This document shows positions 39,652 through 50,467 of a stretch of 64,000 nt of DNA, in pieces. Below the pieces are notes generated by a model. That model worked only from the letters and a program-made list of their open reading frames with translations, was not told the origin of the DNA and did not search any database. The stretch spans positions 128,001 through 192,000 of the forward strand of contig CAVUPH010000014.1 in the NCBI GenBank assembly GCA_963743305.1, written 5' to 3'. The number at the start of each line of letters is the position of its first letter. The stretch's first letter is position 1. This DNA is from an uncultured delta proteobacterium. GTDB taxonomy: Bacteria > Desulfobacterota > RBG-13-43-22. The translations under genes and the position numbers were made by a program.

Positions 39652-40575
39652 TTGGATTTGATTTTTTTAGGAACGGGATCGGCTTGGGGGGTACCCGAAC
39701 TAGGTTGCCCCTGCCGGATTTGTCAAAAGATGCGGTCCCTCCAGGAAGAACGGACCCGGAGCGCCTTTTTGCTTTCAGGCCGAGAAACCCTGCTCTTGGA
39801 TTGCGGGCCGGATATACGCCGGCAGTTGGCGAACTGGCCCCTAGATCGATTGGATGCCATCCTCATCAGCCATGAACACGCCGACCATTACTTCGGGCTG
39901 GATGAGCTCTTGGCTTTCCGCCGCCGACTCCCCCGGGAGAAATGGCGGCCCATCCCGACTTACGCCACCAAGGCTTCCTGGACCTCCATCAAAAAAACCT
40001 TCGGTTATTTGCTGGACTCGCTGCTGGAACCGAGGATCGCCAACCCGGGAGAACGGTTGGCGGGCCTGGCCACGGAGGTCTATCCCTTTAAAACCTTTCA
40101 TGGCGAATCAGCCCCCGGGTCAGTCGGTTATATCGTCGAAGAAACCGGTTCCGGAAACCATCACAAACTGGTGTACACTTCGGACTTTTTCGATTTGCCG
40201 AAGGAGGAACCCCGAGTAACGGACCCGGACATTTTGATTCTGCAATGCCATTGGCTTAACGAGCCGGTGATCAACCGGCCTCATCAAATGAGCCTGGAGC
40301 GGGGGATTGAATTTGTCAAATTATGGAAACCCCGGAGAGCGGTTTATTTGGTTCATCTTTCGGAGGCCTACCCGATTGACGGCGACCCCGCCAATGACGC
40401 CCTGAAGAAAGTGGCCGCCCGGAAGCCGAAGCGGGACCCGCAAACCGACCTGCCCTATCCCCTTCCGAGCTGTCAGGGGGAATGGCAGGAGGTGGCCGGC
40501 CGGCTTTTCAGCAACGAAGGACTTGACGTCCCGGTCATCGTTCCCCGGGATGGGCTCAAGGTAACCCTCTGGTAA
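39652..40575 (+). CDS. MBL-fold hydrolase (PhnP-like)
   Basis: FLGTGSAWGVP..CPC..C, SHEHADH. Confidence 0.88.
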   Translation: MDLIFLGTGSAWGVPELGCPCRICQKMRSLQEERTRSAFLLSGRETLLLDCGPDIRRQLANWPLDRLDAILISHEHADHYFGLDELLAFRRRLPREKWRPIPTYATKASWTSIKKTFGYLLDSLLEPRIANPGERLAGLATEVYPFKTFHGESAPGSVGYIVEETGSGNHHKLVYTSDFFDLPKEEPRVTDPDILILQCHWLNEPVINRPHQMSLERGIEFVKLWKPRRAVYLVHLSEAYPIDGDPANDALKKVAARKPKRDPQTDLPYPLPSCQGEWQEVAGRLFSNEGLDVPVIVPRDGLKVTLW

Positions 40576-40596
40576 ATCGGTTTTGCAGGAGGAATT

Positions 40597-41574
40597 ATGC
40601 TTTTCCCTGATTATCGCCCGCGGCGCTTGCGAAAGAACGAAACTTTTCGCCGCCTGATTCGAGAAACCACCTTGGCGGTGGATAATCTGATTTATCCCCT
40701 GTTCGTAGTCCCGGGCAAAGGAGTGCGGCGCCCGATTGTCTCCATGCCCGGAGTGTTTCAGCTCTCCGTTGATGAGTTGATCAAAGAGGCCCGGGAAATC
40801 CTGGCGGCCCGAATACCGGCCATTATCCTCTTCGGGATCCCCGATAAAAAAGATGATCGGGCTTCCGGAGCCTATGCCGCCGAAGGGATCATTCAGCGGG
40901 CGATTAAAGCCCTTAAAGATAAGGTACCGGATTTATTGGTTATAGGAGATGTCTGTCTCTGCGAGTATATGAGCCATGGCCATTGCGGACTTATCCGCCA
41001 GGGGGAAGTGGATAACGACGCCACCTTGGAACTCCTGGCCCGGACGGCCCTCTCTCAGGTCAAGGCCGGGGCGGATATGGTCGCCCCCAGCGATATGATG
41101 GACGGCCGGGTGGCCGAAATCCGTCAGGCTTTGGATGAGAACGGTTTTGAGCAGATCCCCATCATGGCCTATTCCGCCAAATACGCCTCGGCCTTTTACG
41201 GGCCCTTCCGCGAGGCCGCCGAATCGGCCCCTCAGTTCGGCGACCGAAAATCGTATCAGATGGATCCCCCCAATGTGCGAGAGGCGATCCGGGAGGCCAG
41301 CCTGGATATGGAGGAAGGGGCGGATATCCTGATGGTCAAACCGGCCCTGCCCTACCTGGATGTGATTGCCAAAGTCCGGGAGGAGTTTGACCTGCCGGTG
41401 GCCGCCTATAACGTGAGCGGTGAGTACGCCATGGTCAAGGCCGCCGCCCTCCAGGGGTGGCTGGATGAAGAAAAAGTGATGATGGAAATGCTCATCGCCA
41501 TCCGCCGGGCCGGGGCCGACTTGATCTTGACTTATTTTGCCAAGCAAGCGGCGGCCCTGCTGCAGAACCGCTAA
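40597..41574 (+). CDS. hemB: Porphobilinogen synthase
   Basis: [32 protein letters not shown]. Confidence 0.97.
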   Translation: MLFPDYRPRRLRKNETFRRLIRETTLAVDNLIYPLFVVPGKGVRRPIVSMPGVFQLSVDELIKEAREILAARIPAIILFGIPDKKDDRASGAYAAEGIIQRAIKALKDKVPDLLVIGDVCLCEYMSHGHCGLIRQGEVDNDATLELLARTALSQVKAGADMVAPSDMMDGRVAEIRQALDENGFEQIPIMAYSAKYASAFYGPFREAAESAPQFGDRKSYQMDPPNVREAIREASLDMEEGADILMVKPALPYLDVIAKVREEFDLPVAAYNVSGEYAMVKAAALQGWLDEEKVMMEMLIAIRRAGADLILTYFAKQAAALLQNR

Positions 41575-42678
41575 ATGCATCCGAACGCTGAAACCGCCGC
41601 GGGCGGACCGTCGATTCCTCCGATACGGCTGGTCGCCTGGGAGGTGACCCGGCAGTGCAACCTGTCCTGCCTCCACTGCCGGGCCTCCGCGGTCCTGGGG
41701 CCCTATGCCGACGAACTGACCACGCACGAGGGCCTGAAACTTTTAGACCAAATCCGGGAAGTGGGTCAGCCGGTGATCATCCTCACCGGCGGGGAACCCC
41801 TGCTGCGCCCGGATATATTTGAACTGGCCCGTTACGGCCACGAACTGGGATTGCGCATGGTCATGGCCGTGAACGGGACCCTGCTGGATCCGGCCACGGC
41901 GTTGAAATTAAAAACCGCCGGCATCCAACGAATCAGCGTCAGCCTCGACGGCGCCACGGCCGAAGGCCACGATCACTTCCGCCAGATGCCGGGGGCCTTT
42001 GCCGGGGTCCTTAAAGGAGTCGAGGCCGCCAAAACCGTGGGCCTGGAATTTCAAATCAATACCACCATCACCCGTCTCAATTTGGAGGAGATTCCCCAAA
42101 TCCAGGAGCTGGTCAAACAACTAGGGGCCGTGGCCCACCATATTTTCATGCTGGTTCCCACCGGGCGGGGCCGGTCTTTAACGGAGCAGACCATTTCCGC
42201 GGAGGAATATGAGCAAACATTGACCGGACTGGTTAAGAGAAAGGATGAATTTCCCCTGCCCATTAAAGCCACCTGCGCTCCCCATTATTACCGGATCCTT
42301 CGGGAGCTGGCCCGGCAGGAAGGGCAGGAAATTACCGTAAAAACCCATGGCCTCGATGCCATGACCCGGGGCTGCCTGGGCGGGACCGGTTTTTGTTTCA
42401 TTTCCCATCGGGGGCAGGTCCAGCCTTGCGGCTATTTGGAACTCGAAGCCGGCAACGTCCGCCGGGAAACCTTTAAAACCATCTGGGAAGCCTCGCCGCT
42501 CTTTTCAGCCCTGCGGGACAAATCGCAGTATCAGGGCAAGTGCGGGCAGTGTGAATATTTTCGGGTTTGTGGGGGGTGCCGGGCCCGCGCCTTTGCGGCT
42601 ACTGGAAATTATTTAGGCGAGGAACCCCTCTGCAGCTACCAACCCAAACGCCGGGTGGGCGCCAAGAGCCATTCATGA
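41575..42678 (+). CDS. ahbD: Heme b synthase (radical SAM/SPASM)
   Basis: RLVAWEVTR.CNLSCLHC, KATCAPHYYR, GCLGG, SPASM cysteines. Confidence 0.9.
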   Translation: MHPNAETAAGGPSIPPIRLVAWEVTRQCNLSCLHCRASAVLGPYADELTTHEGLKLLDQIREVGQPVIILTGGEPLLRPDIFELARYGHELGLRMVMAVNGTLLDPATALKLKTAGIQRISVSLDGATAEGHDHFRQMPGAFAGVLKGVEAAKTVGLEFQINTTITRLNLEEIPQIQELVKQLGAVAHHIFMLVPTGRGRSLTEQTISAEEYEQTLTGLVKRKDEFPLPIKATCAPHYYRILRELARQEGQEITVKTHGLDAMTRGCLGGTGFCFISHRGQVQPCGYLELEAGNVRRETFKTIWEASPLFSALRDKSQYQGKCGQCEYFRVCGGCRARAFAATGNYLGEEPLCSYQPKRRVGAKSHS

Positions 42679-43163
42679 ACCCCACCGACGAGAAAGCTTC
42701 TAAGTCTAAGTATAAGATGGATCGGGTCGATCGGGAGATCTTGAACGAGATCCAATCCCACTTCCCCCTACGGTCCCGCCCTTTCCGGGAAGTGGGGAAG
42801 AAGCTTCGACTTTCCGAAAAAGAAGTCATCTTACGAGTATCCCGATTAAAGAAGGAAGGGATCATCCGCCGTATCGGAGCTAACTTCAATTCCCGCCGTC
42901 TGGGATTTACCAGCACCCTGTGCGCGGCCAAAGTCCCGGAAGACAAGCTTCCCGAATTCATCACCACAGTCAATCGCTACCCGGGCGTAACCCACAACTA
43001 TGAGCGGGACGGGGATTACAACATCTGGTTCACTTTTATCGGCGAATCCATGGAGACCATTGAGCAGGCCTTGGAGGAGATTAAGGCCGGTACGGGAGTT
43101 AATGATTTGATCAGTTTACCGGCCGAGAAAATTTTCAAAATCCGGGTTGATTTTGAAGTGTAG
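42675..43163 (+). CDS. ahbA: Siroheme decarboxylase subunit alpha
   Basis: IQSHFPL..RPF, GIIRRIG, STLCAAKV, VTHNYER. Confidence 0.9.
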   Translation: MNPTDEKASKSKYKMDRVDREILNEIQSHFPLRSRPFREVGKKLRLSEKEVILRVSRLKKEGIIRRIGANFNSRRLGFTSTLCAAKVPEDKLPEFITTVNRYPGVTHNYERDGDYNIWFTFIGESMETIEQALEEIKAGTGVNDLISLPAEKIFKIRVDFEV

Positions 43164-43190
43164 CCGCTCTGCTCATTGAAGGAGAAAAGA

Positions 43191-43898
43191 ATGGAAAAAA
43201 AAGAACCCCCGGAGGATCGGGTGGAACCCAGGGTGGAAATAGATTCCGACCTGGAGGAATTCGAAGAACAGCGCCGCCCGGATTGGGCGGTCAGACCGGG
43301 CCCGGAAAAGAAGCCCATTACCCGCTGGGTGCTGGGTCCGATCTTGTTGGCCGCCCTGGCGGCCTTGGGTTATGCCTTTTGGCTTATCTGGGGCATGAAG
43401 CCCCTACCCTCGGCCAAGCCTTCCATACCCCCGGAAATAGTGGCTTTAAGAGGAGAGGTCCAAAAATTGAACACGGATTTAGGCGGCCTTATCAAAGATC
43501 TGGGGGATTTGAAGGCGGAGCAAAAGACAACGGCCGGAAAGCTGGCCGGGTTACAGGGCCAATTGGCCAATTTGTCCAGAAAAATGGAAACGGCGCAGGC
43601 CAGAAAGATAGAATCGGCCCCTGCTAAAAAAACAGAATCGGTCCCGGTCAAAAAGGTAGAACCGGCGCAGGCCAGAAAAATAGAGAAAGCGCCAGCCAAA
43701 AAAATAGAGAAAAACCAGGAGAAAAAACCCGTCCGTAAAACTTTTGTCTATAAAATACGCCCCCATGATACCTTGCCTTCCTTGGCCAAAAAATTCGGTG
43801 TGGTGCCCGAAGATATTCTCCGCTGGAACAATTTATCTTCCAAAGAAGGACTGGAAGTCGGCCAGTTGCTGACCATTTATTCAGGCCTGGCCCGATAG
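43191..43898 (+). CDS. Membrane-anchored LysM protein
   Basis: TM helix, coiled coil, K/A/P linker, C-terminal LysM. Confidence 0.8.
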   Translation: MEKKEPPEDRVEPRVEIDSDLEEFEEQRRPDWAVRPGPEKKPITRWVLGPILLAALAALGYAFWLIWGMKPLPSAKPSIPPEIVALRGEVQKLNTDLGGLIKDLGDLKAEQKTTAGKLAGLQGQLANLSRKMETAQARKIESAPAKKTESVPVKKVEPAQARKIEKAPAKKIEKNQEKKPVRKTFVYKIRPHDTLPSLAKKFGVVPEDILRWNNLSSKEGLEVGQLLTIYSGLAR

Positions 43899-43992
43899 TC
43901 CCGGTTGATCAGATCTGTTGTTGGGTGAATCCCCATTTTAAGTGGGTACCCCCGATATCGGGTCTGGCCGCCCGGTCCGGGAAGAATTTATT

Positions 43993-45198
43993 TTATAAGT
44001 CCCTGAACCCGAACAGCACCTTTTCGTAGGGCTCAAACATCATTTGATAGAGGTCCATAGCATAGCGGTCGGTCATGCCGGAGATATAATCCACAATCAC
44101 CCGCCGAAGGGCTGGGTCGACTCCCGCCTTCGCGATCCGGGCGAATAAGGCCCTCGGCAGCATCTCCGGTCTTTTTTCCAGATGGCGAAAAATACGAGTC
44201 AGGATAAGCCTCCCTTTTTCGTTCATAATGCAGACTTGGGGGCTTTTATAAACGTGTTCAAAAAGAAACCGCTTCAAGGCCTTGAAATCCTCCCAGTCTT
44301 TTTCCGGCGCCGTGACCAGGGGCCCGGCTGTTTTCCAGACCTGTTCCCGGGAATTGATTGCATATTGATCGATACGGGCGAGGGTCCGGGTAATAACCAT
44401 GATATTGGTTTCCTCGATGAGTGTCCGCACCAACAGCCGGGCCTGAATGATGGTCCCCCCTTCTTCGAAACCGTCGTAATTGGTCCGGCATTTCTGAAAC
44501 ACCCGCTGTAACAGGGGGTTATCCAACTCATGAATGGTTTTGATGGACAGGAAGCCGGCGTTCAGGGCGTCCTCCAAATCGTGAGCGCAGTAGGCCAAGG
44601 GATCGGCGATGTTGACCACCTGGGCCTCCAGGCTCGGCTGGCCGCGGCGCTGGAATTCTGACGGGATGCTGGGGTGGTCATAGGTGGTCGCGTGGCGGGC
44701 GATCCCTTCCCGGGTTTCATAGCAGAGGTTCAGCCCCTCGTAAGCCGGATAGCGTTTTTCCAGAAGGTCCACGATCCGCAGGCTCTGGAGGTTATGCTCA
44801 AAGCCCCCCTCCTGCTTCATGATCTCGTTCAGCGTCTCTTCACCGGTATGGCCGAAGGGTGTATGGCCCATGTCATGGGCGTAGGCTATGGCCTCGCACA
44901 AATCTTCGTTAAGCCTTAGCGCGCGGGCCAAGGTCCGGGCATGCTGGGCCACCTCCAGGCTGTGGGTCAAGCGAGTGCGGTAGAAATCCCCCTCGCTGAT
45001 CAGGAAAACCTGGGTCTTGTATTGCAGGTCCTTAAACGCCTTGCTGTATAGAATCCGGTCCCGGTCCCTCTGAAAATTAGTCCGAAATTCATCCGGCTCG
45101 TCCCCATGCAGGGTCCGGCCCAGACTCCGGGCGCTTTTCGAGGCATAGGGCGCCAAGGTCATTTCTTCAATTTCTTCCAACCTTTTCCGAGGGATCAT
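43993..45198 (-). CDS. dgt: Deoxyguanosinetriphosphate triphosphohydrolase (HD)
   Basis: FQRDRDRI, RTRLTHSLEV, HDMGHTPFGH. Confidence 0.92.
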   Translation of the reverse strand: MIPRKRLEEIEEMTLAPYASKSARSLGRTLHGDEPDEFRTNFQRDRDRILYSKAFKDLQYKTQVFLISEGDFYRTRLTHSLEVAQHARTLARALRLNEDLCEAIAYAHDMGHTPFGHTGEETLNEIMKQEGGFEHNLQSLRIVDLLEKRYPAYEGLNLCYETREGIARHATTYDHPSIPSEFQRRGQPSLEAQVVNIADPLAYCAHDLEDALNAGFLSIKTIHELDNPLLQRVFQKCRTNYDGFEEGGTIIQARLLVRTLIEETNIMVITRTLARIDQYAINSREQVWKTAGPLVTAPEKDWEDFKALKRFLFEHVYKSPQVCIMNEKGRLILTRIFRHLEKRPEMLPRALFARIAKAGVDPALRRVIVDYISGMTDRYAMDLYQMMFEPYEKVLFGFRDL

Positions 45199-45484
45199 GA
45201 GGACCGCCCTTTCGTTTGTTGCCTGGATACTTGGGCTAATATATTGGAAAAACTTAAATTAATAAACCGGTTCTAACCCGGCCCCCATGTTTCTAAATCT
45301 TCCTGGAGGCAGGGCCAGCCTGGGAAGCGTCAAAAGACTCAAGTTTGGGGCTTGAAATTTAAAGTAACTTAGGCCAGGATTCGAAGTCCGGAGTACCTTT
45401 GGAAAACCCTTTCGCTGAGACCCGACGGACAGTCCAGATCTGGGGGGACCCACCCCAAAGGGCTAAGCGGCAAAACGCCTTATA

Positions 45485-45511
45485 TTAGCACTGTCACATG
45501 ATGAGTGCCAA
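45485..45511 (+). promoter_or_regulatory. CIRCE element (HrcA operator)
   Basis: TTAGCACTG-N9-GAGTGCCAA upstream of groES. Confidence 0.88.
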
Positions 45512-45568
45512 TAACCCAATTCTGTTCTGTAGTAAAAAATCAAACTAAGTAGGAAGGAGAGTACCAGT

Positions 45569-45857
45569 ATGAAGATCAGGCCATTGCATGATCGAGTCAT
45601 CGTTCAGCGGATTGCTGAGGAAGAGGTGACCAAGGGTGGAATCATTATTCCGGATACCGCCAAAGAGAAACCCCAAGAGGGTAAAGTGATCGCCGTGGGC
45701 CCCGGGAAAAGTTCTGGACAGCGGAACCAAGGTTGCCATGGACGTCAAGGCAGGGGATAAGGTTCTATTCGGGAAATATTCCGGGACCGAGATCAAGATC
45801 GACGGGGAAGAGTATTTAATGATGCGCGAAGATGATATCTTAGGCGTAGTGGAATAA
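45569..45857 (+). CDS. groES: Co-chaperonin GroES, frameshift near 45708
   Basis: [23 protein letters not shown], continuing [15 protein letters not shown] in another frame. Confidence 0.95.
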
Positions 45858-45868
45858 GGAGGGATAAC

Positions 45869-47518
45869 ATGTCAGCTAAAGAAATTCGCTATAGTGTCAA
45901 GGCCCGCGAGGCTATGGCCAAGGGCATCGATACCTTGGCCGATGCGGTTAAGGTAACCTTGGGCCCCAAGGGCCGCAATGTGATTTTGGACAAATCTTTC
46001 GGTTCCCCGACGATTACCAAGGATGGCGTTACGGTAGCCAAGGAGATCGAATTAGAGGATAAGTTTGAAAATATGGGGGCCCAGATGGTGAAGGAAGTGG
46101 CCTCCAAAACCAGCGATGTGGCCGGTGACGGGACCACCACCGCGACCCTCTTGGCTCAGTCCATCTATCGCGAGGGTTCCAAGTTAGTGGCGGCCGGCAG
46201 CAATCCCATGGCCATCAAGCGGGGGATTGAAAAGGCTGTGGAACAGGTAATCGAAGAACTGAAAAAGATCAGCAAACCCACCAAAGACCACAAAGAAATC
46301 GCCCAGGTCGGGACCATTTCGGCCAACAACGACTCCACCATCGGCAATATTATTGCCGAGGCCATGGAAAAAGTCGGTAAAGAAGGCGTCATTACCGTAG
46401 AAGAGGCCAAAAGCATGGAAACCACCCTGGAGGTGGTTGAAGGCATGCAGTTCGATCGGGGCTATATCTCCCCGTATTTCGTGACCGACCCGGAAAAAAT
46501 GACCGCCGTTTTAAACGATCCCTACATCCTGATCAACGAGAAAAAGATCAGTAACATGAAAGACCTGCTGCCTCTGTTGGAGCAGATCGCCAAGATGGGC
46601 CGTCCCCTGCTCATCATTGCCGAGGAAGTCGAGGGCGAAGCCCTGGCCACCCTGGTGGTGAATAAACTGCGGGGCACCTTCTCTTGTGCCGCCGTCAAGG
46701 CCCCGGGCTTCGGGGATCGACGGAAGGCCATGCTGGAAGACATCGCCATTCTAACCGGCGGCCAGATGATCTCCGAAGACTTGGGGATCAAGCTGGAAAA
46801 TGTAGCCTTAAAGGATTTGGGAACCGCCAAACGGGTCAGTATCGATAAGGATAATACGACCATCGTCGACGGCGGTGGGGAAAAATCGGCTCTCGAAGGC
46901 CGGGTGAAACAGATCCGGGCCCAGATCGATGAGACCACCTCCGATTATGATCGTGAGAAACTGCAGGAACGTTTGGCCAAGTTGATCGGCGGCGTGGCCG
47001 TTATCAATGTGGGGGCCGCCACCGAAACCGAGATGAAGGAAAAGAAGGCCCGCGTAGAGGACGCTTTAAACGCCACCCGGGCGGCGGTTGAGGAAGGCAT
47101 CGTTCCCGGCGGAGGCGTGGCCTTGCTGCGCAGCATCGCCGGACTGGACAAAATCAAGGCGGAAGGCGAGGAGGCCTTAGGGGTCAACATCATTCGCCGG
47201 GCCTTAGAGGAACCGGTCCGTCAAATCGCCAACAACGCCGGCTTTGAGGGTTCCGTAGTGGTCGAGAAACTGAAGTCCGAAAAGGGCGCCACCGGCTTCA
47301 ACGCCGAAACCGGCGTTTATGAAGACCTGATGAAGGCCGGAGTCATCGACCCGACCAAAGTTACCCGTTTTGCCTTGCAGAATGCGGCTTCCGTAGCCTC
47401 GCTGCTTTTGACCACCGAAGCCATGGTGGCCGAGAAGCCCGCGCCTAAGGAATCCATGCCGGGGATGCCTCCGGGCGGCGGTATGGGTGGTATGGGCGGT
47501 ATGGGCGGTATGTACTAA
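45869..47518 (+). CDS. groEL: Chaperonin GroEL
   Basis: [17 protein letters not shown] tail. Confidence 0.98.
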   Translation: MSAKEIRYSVKAREAMAKGIDTLADAVKVTLGPKGRNVILDKSFGSPTITKDGVTVAKEIELEDKFENMGAQMVKEVASKTSDVAGDGTTTATLLAQSIYREGSKLVAAGSNPMAIKRGIEKAVEQVIEELKKISKPTKDHKEIAQVGTISANNDSTIGNIIAEAMEKVGKEGVITVEEAKSMETTLEVVEGMQFDRGYISPYFVTDPEKMTAVLNDPYILINEKKISNMKDLLPLLEQIAKMGRPLLIIAEEVEGEALATLVVNKLRGTFSCAAVKAPGFGDRRKAMLEDIAILTGGQMISEDLGIKLENVALKDLGTAKRVSIDKDNTTIVDGGGEKSALEGRVKQIRAQIDETTSDYDREKLQERLAKLIGGVAVINVGAATETEMKEKKARVEDALNATRAAVEEGIVPGGGVALLRSIAGLDKIKAEGEEALGVNIIRRALEEPVRQIANNAGFEGSVVVEKLKSEKGATGFNAETGVYEDLMKAGVIDPTKVTRFALQNAASVASLLLTTEAMVAEKPAPKESMPGMPPGGGMGGMGGMGGMY

Positions 47519-47536
47519 ACCGTACTCAATCCAACA

Positions 47537-47572
47537 AAAACAAAAAGCCCCCGCCTGGGGGCTTTTTGTTTT
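47537..47572 (+). terminator. Rho-independent terminator of groESL
   Basis: AAAAAGCCCCC-GCCT-GGGGGCTTTTT. Confidence 0.85.
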
Positions 47573-47679
47573 CAAATTCGCTTCTGCTTGATTTCCGGAC
47601 CTAATTCGGTTGACTTGCCGTTCTTAATTCATTAGAATTCATTCTCCGCTAAACTGCTAACCCGAAAAAGGGAGCCGCC

Positions 47680-48336
47680 ATGATGAAACGCTTATGGTCT
47701 ACCGTACTAGGGTTGATGATTCTATCCGCTTCACCCCTCTGGGCTAAAACCATGTTCATAACCGATCGCATTGAAGTCGGGGTCCGGTCCGGCATCGGGA
47801 TTGAGCAGAAGTTTGTCGCCACGGCCAAGACCGGGGACCGGGTGGAGGTCCTGGAAGGCGATCAAAATTGGACGAAAGTCAAACTGACCAATGGAGTCGT
47901 TGGTTGGGTGGCCACCCGTTTTCTGGTGGACCAGGTCAGAACGACGACTGCCCTGGACCCCAAGATGCAGGAGGAATTCAAGGGGGTAAGAGATCAAAAT
48001 TTGGCCCTGTCGAAAATCCTCGAAGGCTATAAACAGGAACGGGAAAAACTGCTGAAGGAAAATGCGGAGGGGAAGAAAGCCCTGCAGGACCTGCAGCAGG
48101 AAAAGCAGGGCCGGGTGTCCCCGGAACTGAATCAACTGAAGGCCCACAACGATCAACTCGAGAAGCAGATTAATGAGTTAAAGCAGCAGGCCACTGCCAA
48201 CCAGCAAAGTGGGAAAAACCAACGCCTGAACGAACAGATCTGGTGGTTTTTATCCGGTTCAGGCGTGCTCTTTGTCGGGCTTATCCTTGGTTGGCTGGCC
48301 AGCCGGGGGAAAAAGAAAACTGCCAAGTATTACTAA
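47680..48336 (+). CDS. SH3-domain membrane protein (TIGR04211/YgiM-like)
   Basis: Signal peptide, VRSG.G SH3 with GWV, coiled coil, C-terminal WFLSGSGVL TM. Confidence 0.85.
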   Translation: MMKRLWSTVLGLMILSASPLWAKTMFITDRIEVGVRSGIGIEQKFVATAKTGDRVEVLEGDQNWTKVKLTNGVVGWVATRFLVDQVRTTTALDPKMQEEFKGVRDQNLALSKILEGYKQEREKLLKENAEGKKALQDLQQEKQGRVSPELNQLKAHNDQLEKQINELKQQATANQQSGKNQRLNEQIWWFLSGSGVLFVGLILGWLASRGKKKTAKYY

Positions 48337-48349
48337 TCCCTTTCATGCC

Positions 48350-48507
48350 TGATAACCTCGCAAAAAGTCTCCAGGGTAGTCATTGCGAGGAGTGAAGCGA
48401 CGAAGCAATCCCCAATAATCAGCTACTTGCCAAGTCGGGGATTAGCTTCCCCCGGATCATGTCCGGGGTCGCGATGACGGTTTTTTCGACTTTTTGCGAA
48501 ACCATCC
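48350..48507 (+). mobile_element. MITE with the same TIRs but a different RPE-like interior
   Basis: TGATAACCTCGCAAAAAGTC..GACTTTTTGCGAAACCATC, TSD TGCC; inside GTCATTGCGAGGAGTGAAGCGACGAAGCAATC..GCGATGAC. Confidence 0.75.
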
Positions 48508-48532
48508 TGCCTGATAACCTCTGAAATTGTCC

Positions 48533-48560
48533 AAAAGCCTCCGAATCGGGGGCTTTTTTT
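48533..48560 (+). terminator. Rho-independent terminator
   Basis: AAAAGCCTCCGA-A-TCGGGGGCTTTTTTT. Confidence 0.7.
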
Positions 48561-48739
48561 TGGTACTCCGGGGGCTTTCCTCCAGATCTCCCGCCGCTTG
48601 ACCTGAAACGAATTATTCCCAGCCGCGATAACCCTTCAAATCAAAACCCTTTGATTTTTTTATTTTATTTTGTTTTAATGGGCCAACATCTATGTTTTGA
48701 TTTGTTCATTCTTGAATTAATTCTAGGTTGGAATCCCCA

Positions 48740-48823
48740 GAGATGAGGAAACGGTTCGAGGAATTTCTGGATCAACTCACCAAGGGCAAGGAGCCCGACA
48801 AAGTGCGCATTGTCTTGGAGTGA
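48740..48823 (+). pseudogene. C-terminal remnant of a DUF6079-like (BREX-3 ATPase) gene
   Basis: [27 protein letters not shown]. Confidence 0.6.
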
Positions 48824-48826
48824 ACC

Positions 48827-49874
48827 ATGAAATCATTTGAAACCAATTATCTCGAAAAACATCCCTTGCCGCATTCGCTGTTACGAACTATCCGATTGTT
48901 GGGTGAATATCGCGGAAAGGAATCGCTTTTTAAACAGCAGACACCCCAAGTACTCGAATCCTTGCGCCAGGCGGCCATGATCCAGAGCACCGAATCCTCC
49001 AACCGTATCGAGGGGATCGAAGCCCCGGCCGAAAGAATCAAGAAAATCGTGGAGCAAAAGACCACGCCCAAGAATCGTTCCGAACAGGAGATCGCCGGAT
49101 ATCGTGATGCACTGGCGACGATTCACGCCAACTACCCCAACATGCCCTTTACCCCAGGCCTTGTCCTTCAACTCCACCGCGATCTTTATCAGTTCGTGGC
49201 CCAGCAGGGCGGACGCTGGAAAATGACGGACAATGAGATTTCCGAAACCCGCGCCGACGGCACAAAGGTTACCCGGTTCAGACCGATTCCCGCTCATCAA
49301 ACGCCCGAGGCCATGGATAGGCTCCATACCCTTTTTAAGGAACAATGGGACCGGGAAGAAATCGATCCACTGCTGCTGATCCCTGCCTACGTGCTCGATT
49401 TCCTCTGCATCCATCCATTCACCGATGGTAACGGGAGGATGGCGCGGCTGCTGACTCTGCTTCTCCTCTATCAAGCCGGTTTTGAAGTTGGCCGTTACAT
49501 CAGTTTGGAACATCTGATCGAGAACCAGCGGGAAGGGTACTACGAGGCCCTCTATAAATCTTCTCAGGGGTGGCACGATGGCGAACATTCATTACTGCCC
49601 TGGTGGGAATATTTTCTGGGTGTTATGCTCCAGGGCGCCTACCATGAATTCGAGCGCCGAACCGGTGAACTGACCACCGCTCATGGGGCCAAGCGGGAGA
49701 GGATCATCGATCGTTATATCGCGGTTGTCGGACAAATTTCAGGTGGCAGACATCGAACGGGCCTGTCCGGGCGTCAGCCGCCCGACTATCAATCGCGCCC
49801 TTCGAGATCTTCGCCAGGCGGGTAAAATCACTTGCCTTAAAGGAGGTCGAGACGCCGTTTGGCAGAAAACGTGA
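48827..49874 (+). CDS. Fic family protein, frameshift near 49710
   Basis: STESSNRIEG, HPFTDGNGRMAR; wHTH tail ACPGVSRPTINRAL in another frame. Confidence 0.92.
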
Positions 49875-50169
49875 TCAGAACCCCAATAACGTGATCATTT
49901 CTGGCGGTTTGATTATGTTATGGGAATATGATCATGAATATATTAATATGATCAAAACAGGTTAAATGATCATGATTTATTATTGTTCTCTTCTGAGAAT
50001 GAGCCGACTTCATCATTGATGGGATGATTCTGGATGCTAAAAGAAGCGAATGCTTATCCCCGGTCCAATGATTGACAGCCATCAAAAGTTGTGGTATTTC
50101 CGGGCTATCCGTTTAATTTCCCATTTATTTTTCCGCCTAACCTTAATTCGGGGAGGATGAATCGAACTA

Positions 50170-50207
50170 AAAGGCCCTGCCTCATAATCAAGGTACAGGG
50201 CCTTTTT
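50170..50207 (+). terminator. Terminator-like hairpin
   Basis: AAAAGGCCCTG / CAGGGCCTTTT. Confidence 0.55.
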
Positions 50208-50348
50208 AATTCGGGGAAACTGGCGGTATAGGCATCCGAGGTTAATAGATTCTGGAAGGCCGACCCTGGATCATAAACCATTATAGAAAAAGGCCGATCT
50301 TGAGATCACAGGTTGTGGTGAGGCAATCCGGGTTTTAATGACTCTGGT

Positions 50349-50427
50349 GGAACTCCCCCGGGGGAAAATAGGGTTCCTGACCAGATAACCCAAGGATCTG
50401 TATGGATTTGATAACAAGTTAACGAAT
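50349..50427 (+). repeat. Diverged direct repeat, copy A
   Basis: GAAAATAGGGT..TGACCAGA.AACCCAA..ACAAGTTAACGAAT. Confidence 0.75.
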
Positions 50428-50467
50428 TCAAGACCGGACCACAGATAGGGATTGAAAGCAACACGGG

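Noticed and set aside
43590-43720. Tandem repeats in the LysM gene
   Set aside because: Ordinary K/A/P-rich linker duplication
45569-45857. groES pseudogene
   Set aside because: Normally essential gene with both halves intact around a homopolymer
47470-47515. ATGGGCGGT repeats
   Set aside because: Standard GroEL GGM tail
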